Positions 49,111 to 61,107 of a stretch of 64,000 bases of DNA are shown in pieces. How positions within the stretch are numbered: position 1 is the first letter of the stretch; each line of letters begins with the position of its first letter. The notes under the pieces were generated by a model, which was not told the DNA's origin, made no database searches, and saw only the letters and a program-made list of their open reading frames with translations. The position numbers and the translations under genes are program-made. This stretch comes from Lama glama (lineage: Eukaryota): contig CM052817.1 of the NCBI GenBank assembly GCA_028534125.1, positions 67,520,001 to 67,584,000 on the forward strand, read 5' to 3'.

Positions 49111-49595
49111 AGTGAAAAGGAAGCAAGGGAAAGGTGATGAGGTGAACAAGGACAAAGAGGAGAGAAGAACACGGATGTACATGACCTGCTTCCTGCCACT
49201 CTTCCTTTCCCTCAGGTTTTGGATTTGAAGAAGAGAGTCCAAAGTTAAAATACGGCTACAGATTTTTGAAAGTTCTAGAAAACATCACAATATTTCATGC
49301 ACTGGACCACAAAATATTTTAAGTCAGTCCTCTGGAGATTTTTTTTTTCTGATTGAAACATGCTTTCAATAGTACAATAAAAATCAGTAAAGAAAAGGTT
49401 GCTCTCCATAAATTTGTTTTGAAGGAAAGTGTTCTGAAACACCTTAGCTCTAGAAACTAACCAATATTTGTGTTTAAATCCCGAAGTTTGAGATGGGGGG
49501 TGGACACTATGAATTAGATTGGATCATTGTGTAACTTACAATAAGCCTGCTCATTTGGTGATAGAAGAGATAGAAACTTACAAATACAGTGTTTT

Positions 49596-49890
49596 CTTTT
49601 CTTTTTTTTCTGAAATAGAGTCAGTTTACAATGTTGTGTCAATTTCTGGTATACAGCATAATGTTTCAGTCATACATATACATATATATATATTCCTTTT
49701 CATATTCTTTTTCTGTATAGGTTACTACAAAATATTGAATATAGTCCCTGTGCTATACAGAAGAAACTTGTTGTTTATCTATTTTATACATAGTAGTTAG
49801 CATCTGCAAATCTCAAACTCCCAATTTATCCCTTTCCACCCCCTTCCCCTCCTGGTAACCATAAGTTTATTTTCTATGTCTGTGAGTCTG
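49596..49890 (-). mobile_element. Lineage-type L1 3' terminus with perfect 13-bp TSD
   Basis: aatacagtgtttt at 49583-49595 and 49891-49903; body tgaaatagagtcagtttacaatgttgtgtcaatttctggtatacagc...gaatatagtccctgtgctatacag. Confidence 0.95.
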
Positions 49891-52512
49891 AATACAGTGT
49901 TTTTAACAACAGATTTGACTGCACTCTCACAGACAAGTCTCCTAATCTTGAACCTCAAAGGGGTTGACCCAGATGCACGGAAATCTTTCCTAAGTGAAAT
50001 AACTGTGCTATACTCAGGCTCTCAAGCCCTGAGAGATGAGCATCATTTCCAGAATGGGACTGTGGTACCCTGACAGAGTTTAAAGCCTGAGGAGGCAATT
50101 ACTATTTCTGATTGTGTTAACCTGTGTATAATTATGTAATTACCTACAAAATTTAGGCAGAGTGTTACATAGCTAAATCATTAACTTTAACAATTGACAA
50201 GCTGCTTTGATTAGTATTTTCATAGTGTAAGATAACATACTTTTGTCAGCTTCCACATGATTAGTTATGATTGGGAATTTATTTATGCAAAACGTTTTTA
50301 TTGCCTGTTTGGAGAAACAGAGCAGGAGAGTAAGGGCAGGGGAGTCCCGTGCCTCCCTCTTGGCTCAACCCAGGAAATGGCAGTGATGAGAAAATACAGG
50401 CGAGGTCCTCGTTATCACCCCCCAGATGGCATATAATTTTAGTGTCAGGTTAGAAGAGCACCTAGAGAATTCCATTTGGGAGAACTGGGCTCTCCTTTGG
50501 CAAATGAGACTAACAAGGACATCAGCGTACGAGGCATCAACTCAGACTGTCATATGCAACTGCTGACTTGGCCAGGCAGCCCCTCCAACAGCATTGATCA
50601 GTGCAGCTGCTCTTCTAAGGAAAATGCATGTCAATATATTTGTTATTTATTTTCTAGCAGAAACCCAGCAGCAGCAGCAGCAATGTTTGAGAGAATTCTC
50701 TGACATGTCTCATTTCCTATCAGTCTTAGGTGCTAGTGACTGTACACACACGTTCCTATTAAGCTAACATCTCCGAATGCAGCTAGCTATTGGAAGAGAA
50801 AATCCTTTCATTTCTTGGCTATGACAGGCCTGTGTGATGCCAAATTTCAACTCTCTATGGAAGATAGAAAGTCCTCGGGACGTGAAGCCTTTCTTGTTTC
50901 CCCAGGCAAATTGGCTGGGCTTGTTTGTCTGAAGGAGGCGATTACCAAAAGTGGCTTAGAGAAATTTTAAAGTAAAATTAAAAATAAAGATTCCACCAGC
51001 TACTATGCATATACTGTCTTTCCCTTTTGAGGGAAAATGTTTGAGGTGGAGATGGAAGTAATCAAAAGAGGTTTACACGAGTAACACATTCTAATTTGGA
51101 ATGAAAAATAAAAAAGTGTGTGATTTTCCCTGGAGATTGGAAGGTGAGACCATCCTTCCAAAAGAATTTGCAGAGGAAAATGGACCCTTAGCTTTCATGA
51201 TTCTTTCCTTCCTCTCTGCATTTTTAGGATGTTGTATTCTAGTGAAAATGCCTAGAAAGGAATAGTTTCATATGATCGTCATTTATTGTCTCCCTTCCTA
51301 AAAGAAGAAAAAAAAAAAAAGAAAAGAGATAACATGCGACATGCAGTTTGTTTGTTAAGAAGAGCAGAGAGCGCCGTACCACGTGAGAGATTTTTCCTTT
51401 ATCAGATTAGGAATGTCCAACTTCACAATCAGAAAGTATTGATCTCTCAGAATCAGACATGTCTGTTGCCATGTCTCACAAGCATGAACATCTGCTCCAT
51501 CTTTCACAATAAGACTTTTCCCCACAATCAGACAGCCTACTGTCTTTGAGATCTGAGCTCGCAAGCTTAATTATACTGTTTTTAAACCTTCATGATTGAG
51601 CATACAAGCAGCCAGGCCACTCCCGCACTGTCTTTCTTATCTTTCCATCTCTCTAAATATAATTTAAATGTAGAACTTTTTTAAAATTTCAAATCACCAT
51701 CCAGCCTTAACATTGTTCTTCACTTGGGACTAACTCCACCTTTCCTGACCATGGCACTCTAACGGTTCTTATCAATTTAAGGAATATCTACCTGTCTGAA
51801 AATTTAGAGACTAAATCCTACTCTACTTCTAACTTTACAAGTTATCTACTCCATTATGCAAAAAAGAAATGTTATATGATACTTTATCATATTCTTCTGC
51901 TTTTGCAATAAGATAATCACTCTTAATTTTTTATTATGTATTATTTTTGTGTCTCCTTTCCATGGAGACATAGATACAAATGTTTGCAGTACATTTGGCA
52001 GGTGACAATATGTACTTCCTCTGTCAGAGGATGCCTACCCAACATTGCAAAATATCAGCAAAGAAAAAGGAGTCGGAAGTCACCCAAGTGCCGTAGGTAA
52101 CGTGTTGTTGAAGAGTCTTCCTTCATGGGCACATCATATGCGATAAGGCCATTTTGCAGCCTAAAGAAATAAATCATGTGACTTTCTTTGTTTTGTTTTG
52201 TTTTGTTTTCCTAACTACAGCATATTTGAATCCAACCCCTCAGTTGAAACTCAGGTCTGAGATGATGCTCAGGGATGGGGTCAGGAATGGGATATGATGG
52301 ATGTTTGGAATGGAGCGAGATTTGGGGATACTACGAGGAATGATGTGAGTCTCAGTGAAGAAGGGAGGAATGGGGAACCCTGGGAAGGTGTACCATAAGG
52401 AGTGCCTTTGCACATACTACTTGGTAACAATAAGCTATACTTATATTTTACTATAGCTGTTTGAGACATGAAGATGACAATGTCAAAAACAAATCAAATC
52501 AAATCTCTAAAC

Positions 52513-52691
52513 CAAGGTTTCTTTGTTGTAGCCCGCCATCCTGTGCACTGTAAGATGTTTACCAACACCTGTCGCCTCTACCCACCAGATGCCAGTAGCC
52601 TTTCATTCAGGTGTAACAACCTAGAATGTCTCCAGGCACAGCCAAATGTCCCCTGCCTGGGAGGTGAAACTTCTTCCATCTGAGAACCACG
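52513..52691 (-). mobile_element. MER20 (hAT-Charlie)
   Basis: tcctgtgcactgtaagatgttta...ctctacccaccagatgccagtagc...aatgtctccaggcacagccaaatgtcccctg...tgagaaccac. Confidence 0.9.
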
Positions 52692-54204
52692 CTTCTGAAG
52701 ACCTTAAAATGTCTCACTTTACTTGCGACTTCACAGGTATCCCTAATATTACCTGCTGTAGGGCTTTCAGGGCAAAGCAAGGAGCCTTAGAGTTTCAACA
52801 CTCCATATTCATGACCATTAGTAATGGTTAAGCAGCCTCCCGGTTAGTTACAATATCAGGAAAGAAAGTTGATGACTCAGCTTTATCACAGATTTATGAA
52901 GACCCAGCCCCAGCTCTGTTCCCCACAGTACGATCTGGACGACAAGCAGGCAGAGCAGGCCTGGTATCTCCACATCATACTTCCGGAACACTCACGCTAC
53001 AGGCACGTGATACTCTGCCTACAGGACACCCCTCTTCACATTTAACATTCGATTGAAAAAATCTTAAGAAAAGTTGAGGTTGGAACCTAGAAGAGGGAAG
53101 TCAGTTTTCTGAGACATTCTCTTAGAACCCACCAGGTTTTCTCACAGAACAAAAGAGTAGTCTTGTCTCTGGATGAAAATAATATTATTTCCACGTTAGC
53201 ACACTCAAAGGTCCATGGTAAGTTTTTCCTTCATTTAAAAATTAACCGTAAGCCCCTTCACATTTCTACGATTCTTACTAATATGGCCTTCGAAGGATCC
53301 AAACAGAATTGTATAAAGACAGCAAAATCTATCTAATAGAATTTTATTAGAGTTTTATAAGTAGTAGATTTGCTTTTAAATTTGAGAGTTATATTACTGT
53401 CAAGCTTATAGAAACAATACATTTTACGTAATTTTACATTTCCAAGGATATGCCAGCCTTTCTTTTTCTAATCTCATAAACTTTTCTAAATTCCTTAGGA
53501 AATGAAAGATTCTGAAAATCAGAAAAGTTCCTGTTATTTCCTAAACAGCATGCAAAGCTGTTGCATAATCTCAGAAAAAGATAGACAGGACAGACCTTAC
53601 AAATATATTTTAAAGCTCTGAAATGCAGACAAGAATATGTAAATTGAAAGTAAATTTATTTTAGTGAACTGGCAAGAAGGGAAAAAATATAGGGCCATAT
53701 GTTACCATCAGTTTTGCTATGCATATTTGGGGGGGGAAAGTTTCTTAAGCCAGGCATTTTCAGTCCATAAAATGCCTTCCATAGGTAACCACAAGCTGGC
53801 AGAAGTAGCCGGCAAGTGTTGAAAGTTAGAAATGAGGACAATGCTTTTATTGGTGGCTGAGCAGAATTGGGAACTCGATCTAAGAGGAATGGAGATGAGG
53901 GTATGACCATTTTATGTAAGTGATCATGGTATCAGTGAGGAAGGAACTCTTCATGGGAAATGGAAGTTCTTTGTTTCACCACCTTTCCTCCTGCTGGTCT
54001 CCCTACTCACAGAGGAGCAAATCTGAAAATCACCTATGATAAAAAGAATGTGGATTCTGGCTCACATCTCTGTTCTAGGCACCAAGTGATTTTTTTCTTT
54101 CATGCTTTGCTTCAATAAAAGTATCACAATATACAGCAGGTCAGTTTGAGTTCTGGCCATAGGCACAAATCATAAATGATGTGGATTTAAATATACATAA
54201 TATG

Positions 54205-54316
54205 TTGCCTGAAAGCAAGGCTGTGTCTGTTCTAACTATAATCTGCAATGCGGTAACAATGCCTGGCATACAGTTAAGTGCTTGGTAATTTTTATTGAAT
54301 GAATGAGTGAATGAAT
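54205..54316 (+). mobile_element. L2 3' tail
   Basis: cctgaaagcaaggctgtgtctgtt...aacaatgcctggcatacagt...ttgaatgaatgagtgaatgaa. Confidence 0.85.
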
Positions 54317-54406
54317 ATCACAAGCAACCATTATTTTGTGCATGACACCAGAAGTTTATATATTTTAAATTAACAATTATTCTCCTCTTGGTATGTATTT
54401 GTATGT

Positions 54407-54441
54407 GTGTGTGTGATTCTATTTTGTGTGTGATTCTATTT
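54407..54441. repeat. Short tandem duplication (2 x tgtgtgtgattctattt)
   Basis: Direct read. Confidence 0.75.
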
Positions 54442-54599
54442 GGACTCTGCACATTTCCACAAAAGATTAAAGATTGCTCAATGAGGACATGATTTGATAT
54501 GTGTGTACCCCTTTAGCATTTATAAAGCATTTTCCTGTGGCTTGTAATAAATGAATTCTGAGGACAGAATCCCAACTATTTCAGAAGACAGAATTCTAT

Positions 54600-54780
54600 T
54601 TTCTAACTGAGGCCACAAGCAGACAAGTGACTGAATCTCTAATCTTCTACTTCTTAATCTATGAAGTGACAATAACCCAGCTCTCATAGAGTTCCTGGGA
54701 GGATTAAATGGATTGACATGTGTGAAACTGCTTGGTGGAATGTAAAGTACTGGATAAATGTAAGTAGGGTTACTGAAGTT
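54600..54780 (+). mobile_element. MIR
   Basis: gacaagtgactgaatctct...ctcatagagttcctgggaggattaaatg...atgtgtgaaactgc. Confidence 0.7.
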
Positions 54781-54894
54781 ATTCTCAGAGAACAAAGAAC
54801 ACAGAGGAACATTAAGATTCACATAAGAGCAACTATATGGCCTCCTGGACTCCAAGGAGTTAAAAGTTCCAAGGCACCAAAGAGTAACCAAGAG

Positions 54895-55045
54895 TCGTAG
54901 GTTCCAAGGCTGACTGTAGCAGATTTGCTGTGAGACCTGCTAGAACTCTTGAGCATTTTTGTACCTCAGTAACACTGTCTGGATAATGAAGCCCTCATAC
55001 AATTCCCTGAGGTTCCTTTCTGCTCCAAGGTTTTATGATTCTATG
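54895..55045 (+). mobile_element. MIR3-like fragment
   Basis: ttgctgtgagacct...gtacctcagt...tccctgaggttcctttctgctccaaggttttatgattctatga (MIR3/L3 tail). Confidence 0.6.
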
Positions 55046-55129
55046 ACGGAAACAGATGGATGAGGCACCTGGAACAGAATCCAAAAAGTAAGACCAGACT
55101 TGAGGAAAGTGCTAGAAAAAAGAAGGGAG

Positions 55130-55611
55130 TATGGTTGGTCACTTCTGGTGGCCAACTCACAGCTCCTTGGCTCAGCTTTCATTCCAGTCAGAACTGCAGC
55201 AACCAGCTTCCCTCAGGTGTAATGTCACTGCACAACATGGACTCCTCCGGAAACCCACCAGGCACTCACACACGGGCAGCCTGAGAGTGTGAGGAAGTCA
55301 GAGCCCACTGAGGAAAGCTTTCGTCAGCGGAGGACAAGATCCCGTGGGCACAACTCCCCTCTTCTGTCCCTCAAGTGCACATATCTGAGGCGATGCCCTA
55401 GGGTTTCTCAGAGTCCTGGTAGGACGAAACCCCAGGTCCCCTCAGGGGTGGCCGACTCAAGACTTCATCCTTTACTGGCTTTCCCTCTTCCCGGTTTCAT
55501 GGTTCCTAACCCACCACTTCTGTCCCTTGGGATCACTTCCCAAATTCAGCTACCTGAACACAGAGACCTTGCCTCATACTACATTTTGTTGGTAAATCAC
55601 AGACTAAGAAA
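55130..55611 (+). mobile_element. ERVL 5' LTR (LTR16C-like)
   Basis: cacacgggcagcctgagagtgtgaggaagt; cccctcttctgtccctc; cttgggatcacttcccaaat...ctacctgaacac...ccttgcctca...agactaaga. Confidence 0.8.
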
Positions 55612-56364
55612 CAAGTGGCCTTGGGAGCAGTCCCTCAGGATGGGTTTGGAACTGAATCACTCAACAACACACTGCAGTAAAGACCTCATTGCTGTAGTAG
55701 CAGGTGAAGTCCTGATAACCCTTAGTACGCTGTACCGTCACCATTACTGAGCTAGCACCAGCATTTAGTTGAGAGATCATGTAAGTCATAAGAATTCCAA
55801 GGAAGCATTTAGAGAGGCTCTTGTCTCCTGCAGCTGCCAAGCAGACTTTGCTAAAATTTAGGCCCTGGATTTAACTGTGAGCAGACAGAATGCATGGGTT
55901 AAATAACTTTTATATACCAATGTCAAAGACATGACAGAAAAACCAGTGGCATTCCAGGGCCTGAGGTGGGGGCACTGTGTACCAGGAGGTTAGACTGTAA
56001 AGCTGCATGAAAGAAAATCTACTGACTTCAAGCATTCATGTTTCAGGAGTTAACATTCTAGCAAAGAAACCTAGAAGCAGTCTCAATATGCTGGGTCAGG
56101 TGCTAGGGTGGTGCTTGAAGTTTGGTCTATAGTAAGTGATTCAGGGATATCAGAACTGCCTTAGCAGAGGATCGAGGAAGAAGTCATAAGCCTCAGAAAA
56201 AAAAAGAAATAATAGAATGATTTTTTTAAAATGTGAGACCAAAGAATCTACATCTGTGAGCCTGCCATGTCAACAAAATACTAGGAGTCAAAAGGTCTGG
56301 AGCAAGCTAAGACATCCCCAAATCCTACCCTAACGCTGTAAGATAAAGGACAAGTCAGCGGACC

Positions 56365-56646
56365 TTGCACCTCACAACTGGGATAGGCGTGCAGCATACA
56401 GTAAGCCTATTTGGATGTTGGAGACAATGTACACTGCCCTTGGGAATACTTCTCAAACCCATTTTTCTGATGACGCAGAAGGTTGCCGTTTTTGAGATTT
56501 CAGAGCAAGAGATGGCATTACAAAAGTTCCTAGCTGTGGCACAAGCTGCCCTGACCAAGAAGCCACATGACACAGCAGATCCAATGGTTCTAGAGGTGCC
56601 TATGGTGGGTTCTGATGCTGCACGTGGTGTCAGGTATGTTTCATAA
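56365..56646 (+). pseudogene. ERV-L pol remnant (RT thumb/connection region)
   Basis: ORF text VSLFGCWRQCTLPLGILLKPIFLMTQKVAVFE-SEQEMALQKFLAVAQAALTKKPHDTADPMVLEV aligns to recalled ERV-L pol VGLFGFWRQHIPHLGVLLRPIYRVTRKAASFEWGPEQEKALQQVQAAVQAALPLGPYDPADPMVLEV. Confidence 0.85.
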
Positions 56647-57065
56647 GGAGAGTCAATGCAGAGAACTCTTCTCCATTTGAAAAGCAGTTCCTGGCTTGCC
56701 ACCAAGCCTTAGTAGAGAAAAAACACCTTGACCACAGGGTATAGTTAATATGCCACCAAAGCTATCCATTCTAAGCTGAGTATTACCCCAACTGCTGAGC
56801 CATAAGTTTGGGTAAATGAGGGAGTGACCCATTATTAAGTGTATTGTGTGCAGCAGGTCCAGGGAGTACAAGGAAATTCTATGAACATTTGACCCAGAAT
56901 CTTATTTCTCATACTTTTGTTGCACAACGCTTTCCCTCAACTAAGGCCTAAAGCCTCATGTGGTGTTGCCAACGGTATAACCCAAACAGCAAAAGAGGAA
57001 AACGTGGACGAGATCATCAACGGTTCATCTTGATATGTTGGTACTGGTCAAATCTGGACCACTGA

Positions 57066-57612
57066 TGTTACTGAACAAAAGTCCATGTGCCTGATACCCA
57101 GTAAGGCCAAATGAATGGAAACATTGTAGTCTGGAGCAGAGAAAGATATATTGCAGGGCCAAGCAAGGAGGACAGGCAGCTCACACTCAAAAAAACCTGA
57201 GCTCCCTGATGGTTTGGGGGAAAAGTTGTATGGGAAAAATTCGGGGTAAGGGCAGCAGGATGGTGGTAACAGGGCAGTGCTCCAGGCATCTTGTGCTCAG
57301 CCTGAAGGTACCATCCTCCACCTGGATGAGGGTCTTACTTCCTGCAGAAGAACTCAAAGATATTGTTTCTTATATATACATTTCTTGAGGAGGAACCAGG
57401 ACCCTGTCCCAAGGCTGCACTATTATTTCCTGCCTGTTCCTCCCTTGTTCTGCATTCCCTCCCTTCCTTGATTAGCAACTATTTGAATCTGCCCTTTGGA
57501 ACTCAGGGTAGGTCAAGCAGGCCTAATGAAGCCTATGCCCTACTAACAAGCAATGGGGGACACGAAAAGGATTTGTACCAGGGAGGACCCCATAGGGTCC
57601 TGCTCCATTTCA
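57066..57612 (-). mobile_element. ERV1-class solo LTR (artiodactyl MER41-like)
   Basis: TG...CA ends; attgcagggccaagcaaggag...ctcaaaaaaacctgagctccctgatgg; cttgaggaggaacca; gccctttggaactcagggtagg; ccccatagggtcctgctc. Confidence 0.8.
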
Positions 57613-57640
57613 TGGATGCACTACAGGGCCCCACTCCAGG

Positions 57641-58250
57641 AAATCCCGAGGTAAAGGAAAATCCCCAAAGTCCTTTTCTGCTCTGATGTTCTAGGACAGA
57701 ACAGGCATCTCGGAGCACCTGCAGCAGCACCAGAATGGATGGCCCTATCAAATAAGCAGGTACTGGACTTCTCTTGTGCCACTCCCTTGGCCTGTCCTGT
57801 ACTTTAGTCCTCACTGCAGTAACAGGAAACAGAACGAATCCTGACAGCGCCTTGTCTCAGCTACTCCAAATAGCACTTGCTTTACGCTCTGGGGCTTCAA
57901 TGACTCCACAGAAGCATGGGACACTTCGGAGAATTGCTAGGCACTCTCAGGAGAGCAGCCTGGAAGTGAAAGGGAGATAATGTCCCATTAACAACCCTTT
58001 TGTTAACTTCTTGGGAACCTTGAAAAAAGAAAAGACAACCTCAGATTAGCTAATTATCAACTCAAGTCAAGCTGCGCAGGTCAGAAGGCCTCCAAGGCAG
58101 TGTTTAAAGAGACCCACTAGGTATGAATGTAAGTACAGCTTAGAAGTGCAAGAATGTCACCGCCCTGGGAATTCACTTCCCAAAACAAACTACTCCCAAT
58201 CAAGCCCTTGTTGTAGAGTCTTTTCCTGCTGGGAAAGCTAGGCTCGCCCA
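57641..58250 (+). mobile_element. Further ERVL-type fragments (internal plus LTR 3' end)
   Basis: ggtcagaaggcctccaaggcagtgtttaaagagaccc parallels 55780-55830; ccctgggaattcacttcccaaaacaaactac...aagcccttg parallels the LTR 3' end at 55525-55580. Confidence 0.5.
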
Positions 58251-58779
58251 GAGAGGGACGACTAGGAAGGAGGGCTCCTTAACTGGAAACCTGGCCCTGC
58301 TAGTAATTCATGAATGCACGGATTGAACACAGGAAATGGTGTTAAACGCGAACGACCACCCCCTCTTGCTGATATCTTGCATCTTAGCCAAGAGAATTTG
58401 CTTTGTGTGCTTTGTAGTGGTGATGGGAGAGGGAAATTTCTCAGGGAAATATGGTGAGAGGATAAAAGACCCATCTAGAAAGAACTTCCCCAGCCTGTCA
58501 ATCAGTGATGACTGACCTTCCTCCACTGTAGACGGATTTTTAATCCCATATTTGGATGAAACCACATAATATCTCCTCAAGGGTTTCTCGGCAGTTTCTC
58601 TGTTAATTCAGGAATCCCAGTCTCCTCAAGCTACCTTGACATTTTCCATATTGAGTTTGAAGTGGTAGTCAACAGCCTGGGTTAGTTAGCCATCTTATCA
58701 AGAAGACATTTTAATTTTCCAATCAAAAATAAAATTTAACCTTGCACTATTTACAGGATCCTGAGGAACATTTATCTTA

Positions 58780-58885
58780 GCACCCTCATCTGTGAAATAA
58801 AGGGTTGTTATAAAGATTACATGATACTATCTAGAGTTGTCTTAAACACAGTCATGCTCAATAAATATTAGCTGTGATTATTAAT
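58780..58885 (+). mobile_element. MIR 3' half
   Basis: cctcatctgtgaaata...agggttgttataaagattacatga...tgctcaataaatattagct. Confidence 0.75.
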
Positions 58886-59593
58886 ATACTTGAATTAAGG
58901 TGATCTAATACACATATTCATTGGTCTATAATGAATAAAGTTACCTCCTAGTGACTGGGCAATAGAAAGACCTACTCCAAGACTGGATGCCTCTCACTAT
59001 AGCCCTGACATTGACTCTGTAAGAGTAGAAACCCAAGCAGAACAGGGGAGCCCCAGAATGGTAGAGGAATTAGATCAAACGCTTAAGACTTGCTTCAAAA
59101 GGGCACACGTTTCCCTAGAATCGTCTTCCGTGTGGCAGGATATAAAGTTAAATACACCATGTAAGCCCTGGAAGAAGCAGGGGTGGAACCAAGACCAAAC
59201 AATCTCTTCAAAATTTTAGAATTCAATTATTGTAGAATCAAAAACTTGGGCTTTGGAAAGTTATTTTTTACCTTTTTATTTCCTGTCTTTTCTCACCTTC
59301 TTCTCCTTTATTACCTGAAGGTTTTGTTTGTTTTGTTAGCCTTTGGGGGAAACGTAGTGTCACCATTTGAGCTGAAGTGTAAACAAGACAGCAGTGTGTC
59401 CCCAAAAGGCATACATGGTGAAGGCAGCTCATCAAGATGAGGCACCCCCAAAAGGGAGATCAATTTTAGGGTACACAGTGAGGAGGTGTGGTCCAACTAA
59501 AAGTCTTGTTTACAGCCACACAGAGACCTCTTCAGAGACATCTTAAGCCTTGGAGATTTCTCTGAGAGTTTATCTGAAGGAAGCCAACATCTT

Positions 59594-60077
59594 TTTTTGT
59601 TTTGTTTTGTTTCAAGTTTTATTTTTAAAATAAGACTTGTATAGATTAAGGCCTCATGATGATTTGATGTACATATACATAGTGAAATGATCACCATATT
59701 CAAGCCAATTAACCTGTCTTCTCCTCACATATTTATCATTTTTGTATGTGATGAAAGCACCTGAAATGTACTCTCTTAGCAAATTTTCCATATTCAATAC
59801 AGTATGATTAACTATAGTCCCCATGCTGTACATTAGATCTCTGGACTTATTCATCCTACATTAACTCCAACTTCGTACCCTTTGACCAACATCTCCCCAT
59901 TTCCCCCACCATCTTGCCCCTGATAACTACGGGCTCCACTCTCTGCTTCTACATATTCAAATGTTTTAGAGTCAACATATAAGTGAGATCATGCAGGGGT
60001 TTTCTTTCTGTGTCTAGATTATTTTACTTAGCGTAACATCCCCCGGGTTCATCCACATTGCAAATGGCAGGATCTTA
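59594..60077 (-). mobile_element. L1MA9-like 3' end with 17-bp TSD
   Basis: TSD aaggaagccaacatctt (59577-59593) / aaggaggccaacctctt (60078-60094); body tactctcttagcaaatttt...catgctgtacattagatctct...cctttgaccaacatctcccc. Confidence 0.9.
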
Positions 60078-60766
60078 AAGGAGGCCAACCTCTTAAAACA
60101 GCATCAGAATCAGGCATCTGTCACAACTGCCATTTCTAAATGCCAAGGCCAAATATGAGTCAACGCTTCCAAAGTACACACAGAAACGTCAGACTGTGGC
60201 TACTCTATATGATCCTAAAATGGCTCCGTGGTTTATGTAAGGATCATCTCTAATAGCTATCTGTTCACTCATTTTCGCATCGCTTGTAACTCTAGCATGA
60301 GCCTATCTATGTGAGTGACGTCAATAAACAACAACAAAAAAGTTCAAAAATGAAATCAAGTTTAGATCATCCTTCATAATTATTACCAGCTCTTTCATGC
60401 AGTTGCTTGCCTAACATTTGTCCTTCAACCCCACAGGAAGCTCCTGCCTCAGGACCCTTTCTTTCTTTCTTACGGACACCCTCATATCTTTACTTCCTTT
60501 CCTATTAAGCTTACATTTCTTAATCCATCATTTAAATTCCTCTATTGTCAGTAATCTGCAAGTCTCCTTCTCTATTTTCCTTCCAAGAGAGTAACAACTG
60601 ACAAATCCCTGGGCTCAGACGAATCCAACTTTTCATTCTCCCCAATTCTATATCAGGACTGCTGAGTGCCACGTGCATCACTCACTTCTGTAAGCTGCTG
60701 TCATGACAGACCTGAGGCTTCCAATCTTTGCTGAGTCCTCAAGACTGCCTGACCACCACGTACATG

Positions 60767-60937
60767 AAGGATTCTCAACCCTGGCTACACATTAGACTCC
60801 TGGGGAGATTTTTAGAAATCCTGATCCCTGGGCCTCATCCTAGACCAATACAATTAAATCCTCTGCTGGCAGAATCAAGACATCCATAAATTTCAAAGTT
60901 CTCCCAAATGATTCCAACACACAACCAGGGTTTAGAG
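60767..60937. mobile_element. MER5 (A/B-like) hAT-Charlie MITE, copy 1
   Basis: ttctcaaccctggctacacattaga...cctggggagattttt...ctcccaaatgattcc...caaccaggg. Confidence 0.8.
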
Positions 60938-61107
60938 TAGTGTTCTCAGCCTTGGAAGCAGATAACAATCATCTGGGAAGTTATTCAGAGTACTGATTCT
61001 GGGTTTCCCCTGTCATGTATTCTGATGTAATTTGCTTAAGGTACAGTCTGGGAGTTGTGATGACTGTCCAGACAATGCCAATGTGCAGACAAAGGTAAGA
61101 CCCACTG
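60938..61107. mobile_element. MER5 (A/B-like) hAT-Charlie MITE, copy 2
   Basis: gtgttctcagccttgg...aatcatctgggaag...attctgatgtaatttg...aatgtgcagacaaaggtaagacccactg. Confidence 0.75.

Larger units (their letters stand above)
55612..57640 (+). mobile_element. ERVL internal sequence (ERV3-16A3_I-like), heavily deleted, interrupted at 57066-57612
   Basis: Directly follows the LTR with gagcagtccctcaggatgggtttggaactgaatcactc...gacctcattgctg; gag-like tctcctgcagc and atatcagaactgcc; pol remnant; resumes tgcactacagggccccactc after the insert. Confidence 0.8.

Noticed and set aside
50660..50685. (CAG)5 as a coding polyQ/polyA tract
   Set aside because: Too short, and a stop follows within 7 codons; no exon support
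55289..55750. Longest ORF (153 aa) as a novel gene
   Set aside because: GTG start; lies wholly in the LTR16-like LTR and ERVL leader; no domain similarity
57066..57612. MER41-like LTR as an interferon-gamma-inducible (STAT1 GAS) enhancer
   Set aside because: I found no TTCNNNGAA in this copy; the nearest is TTCCTGCAGAA, which has the wrong spacing
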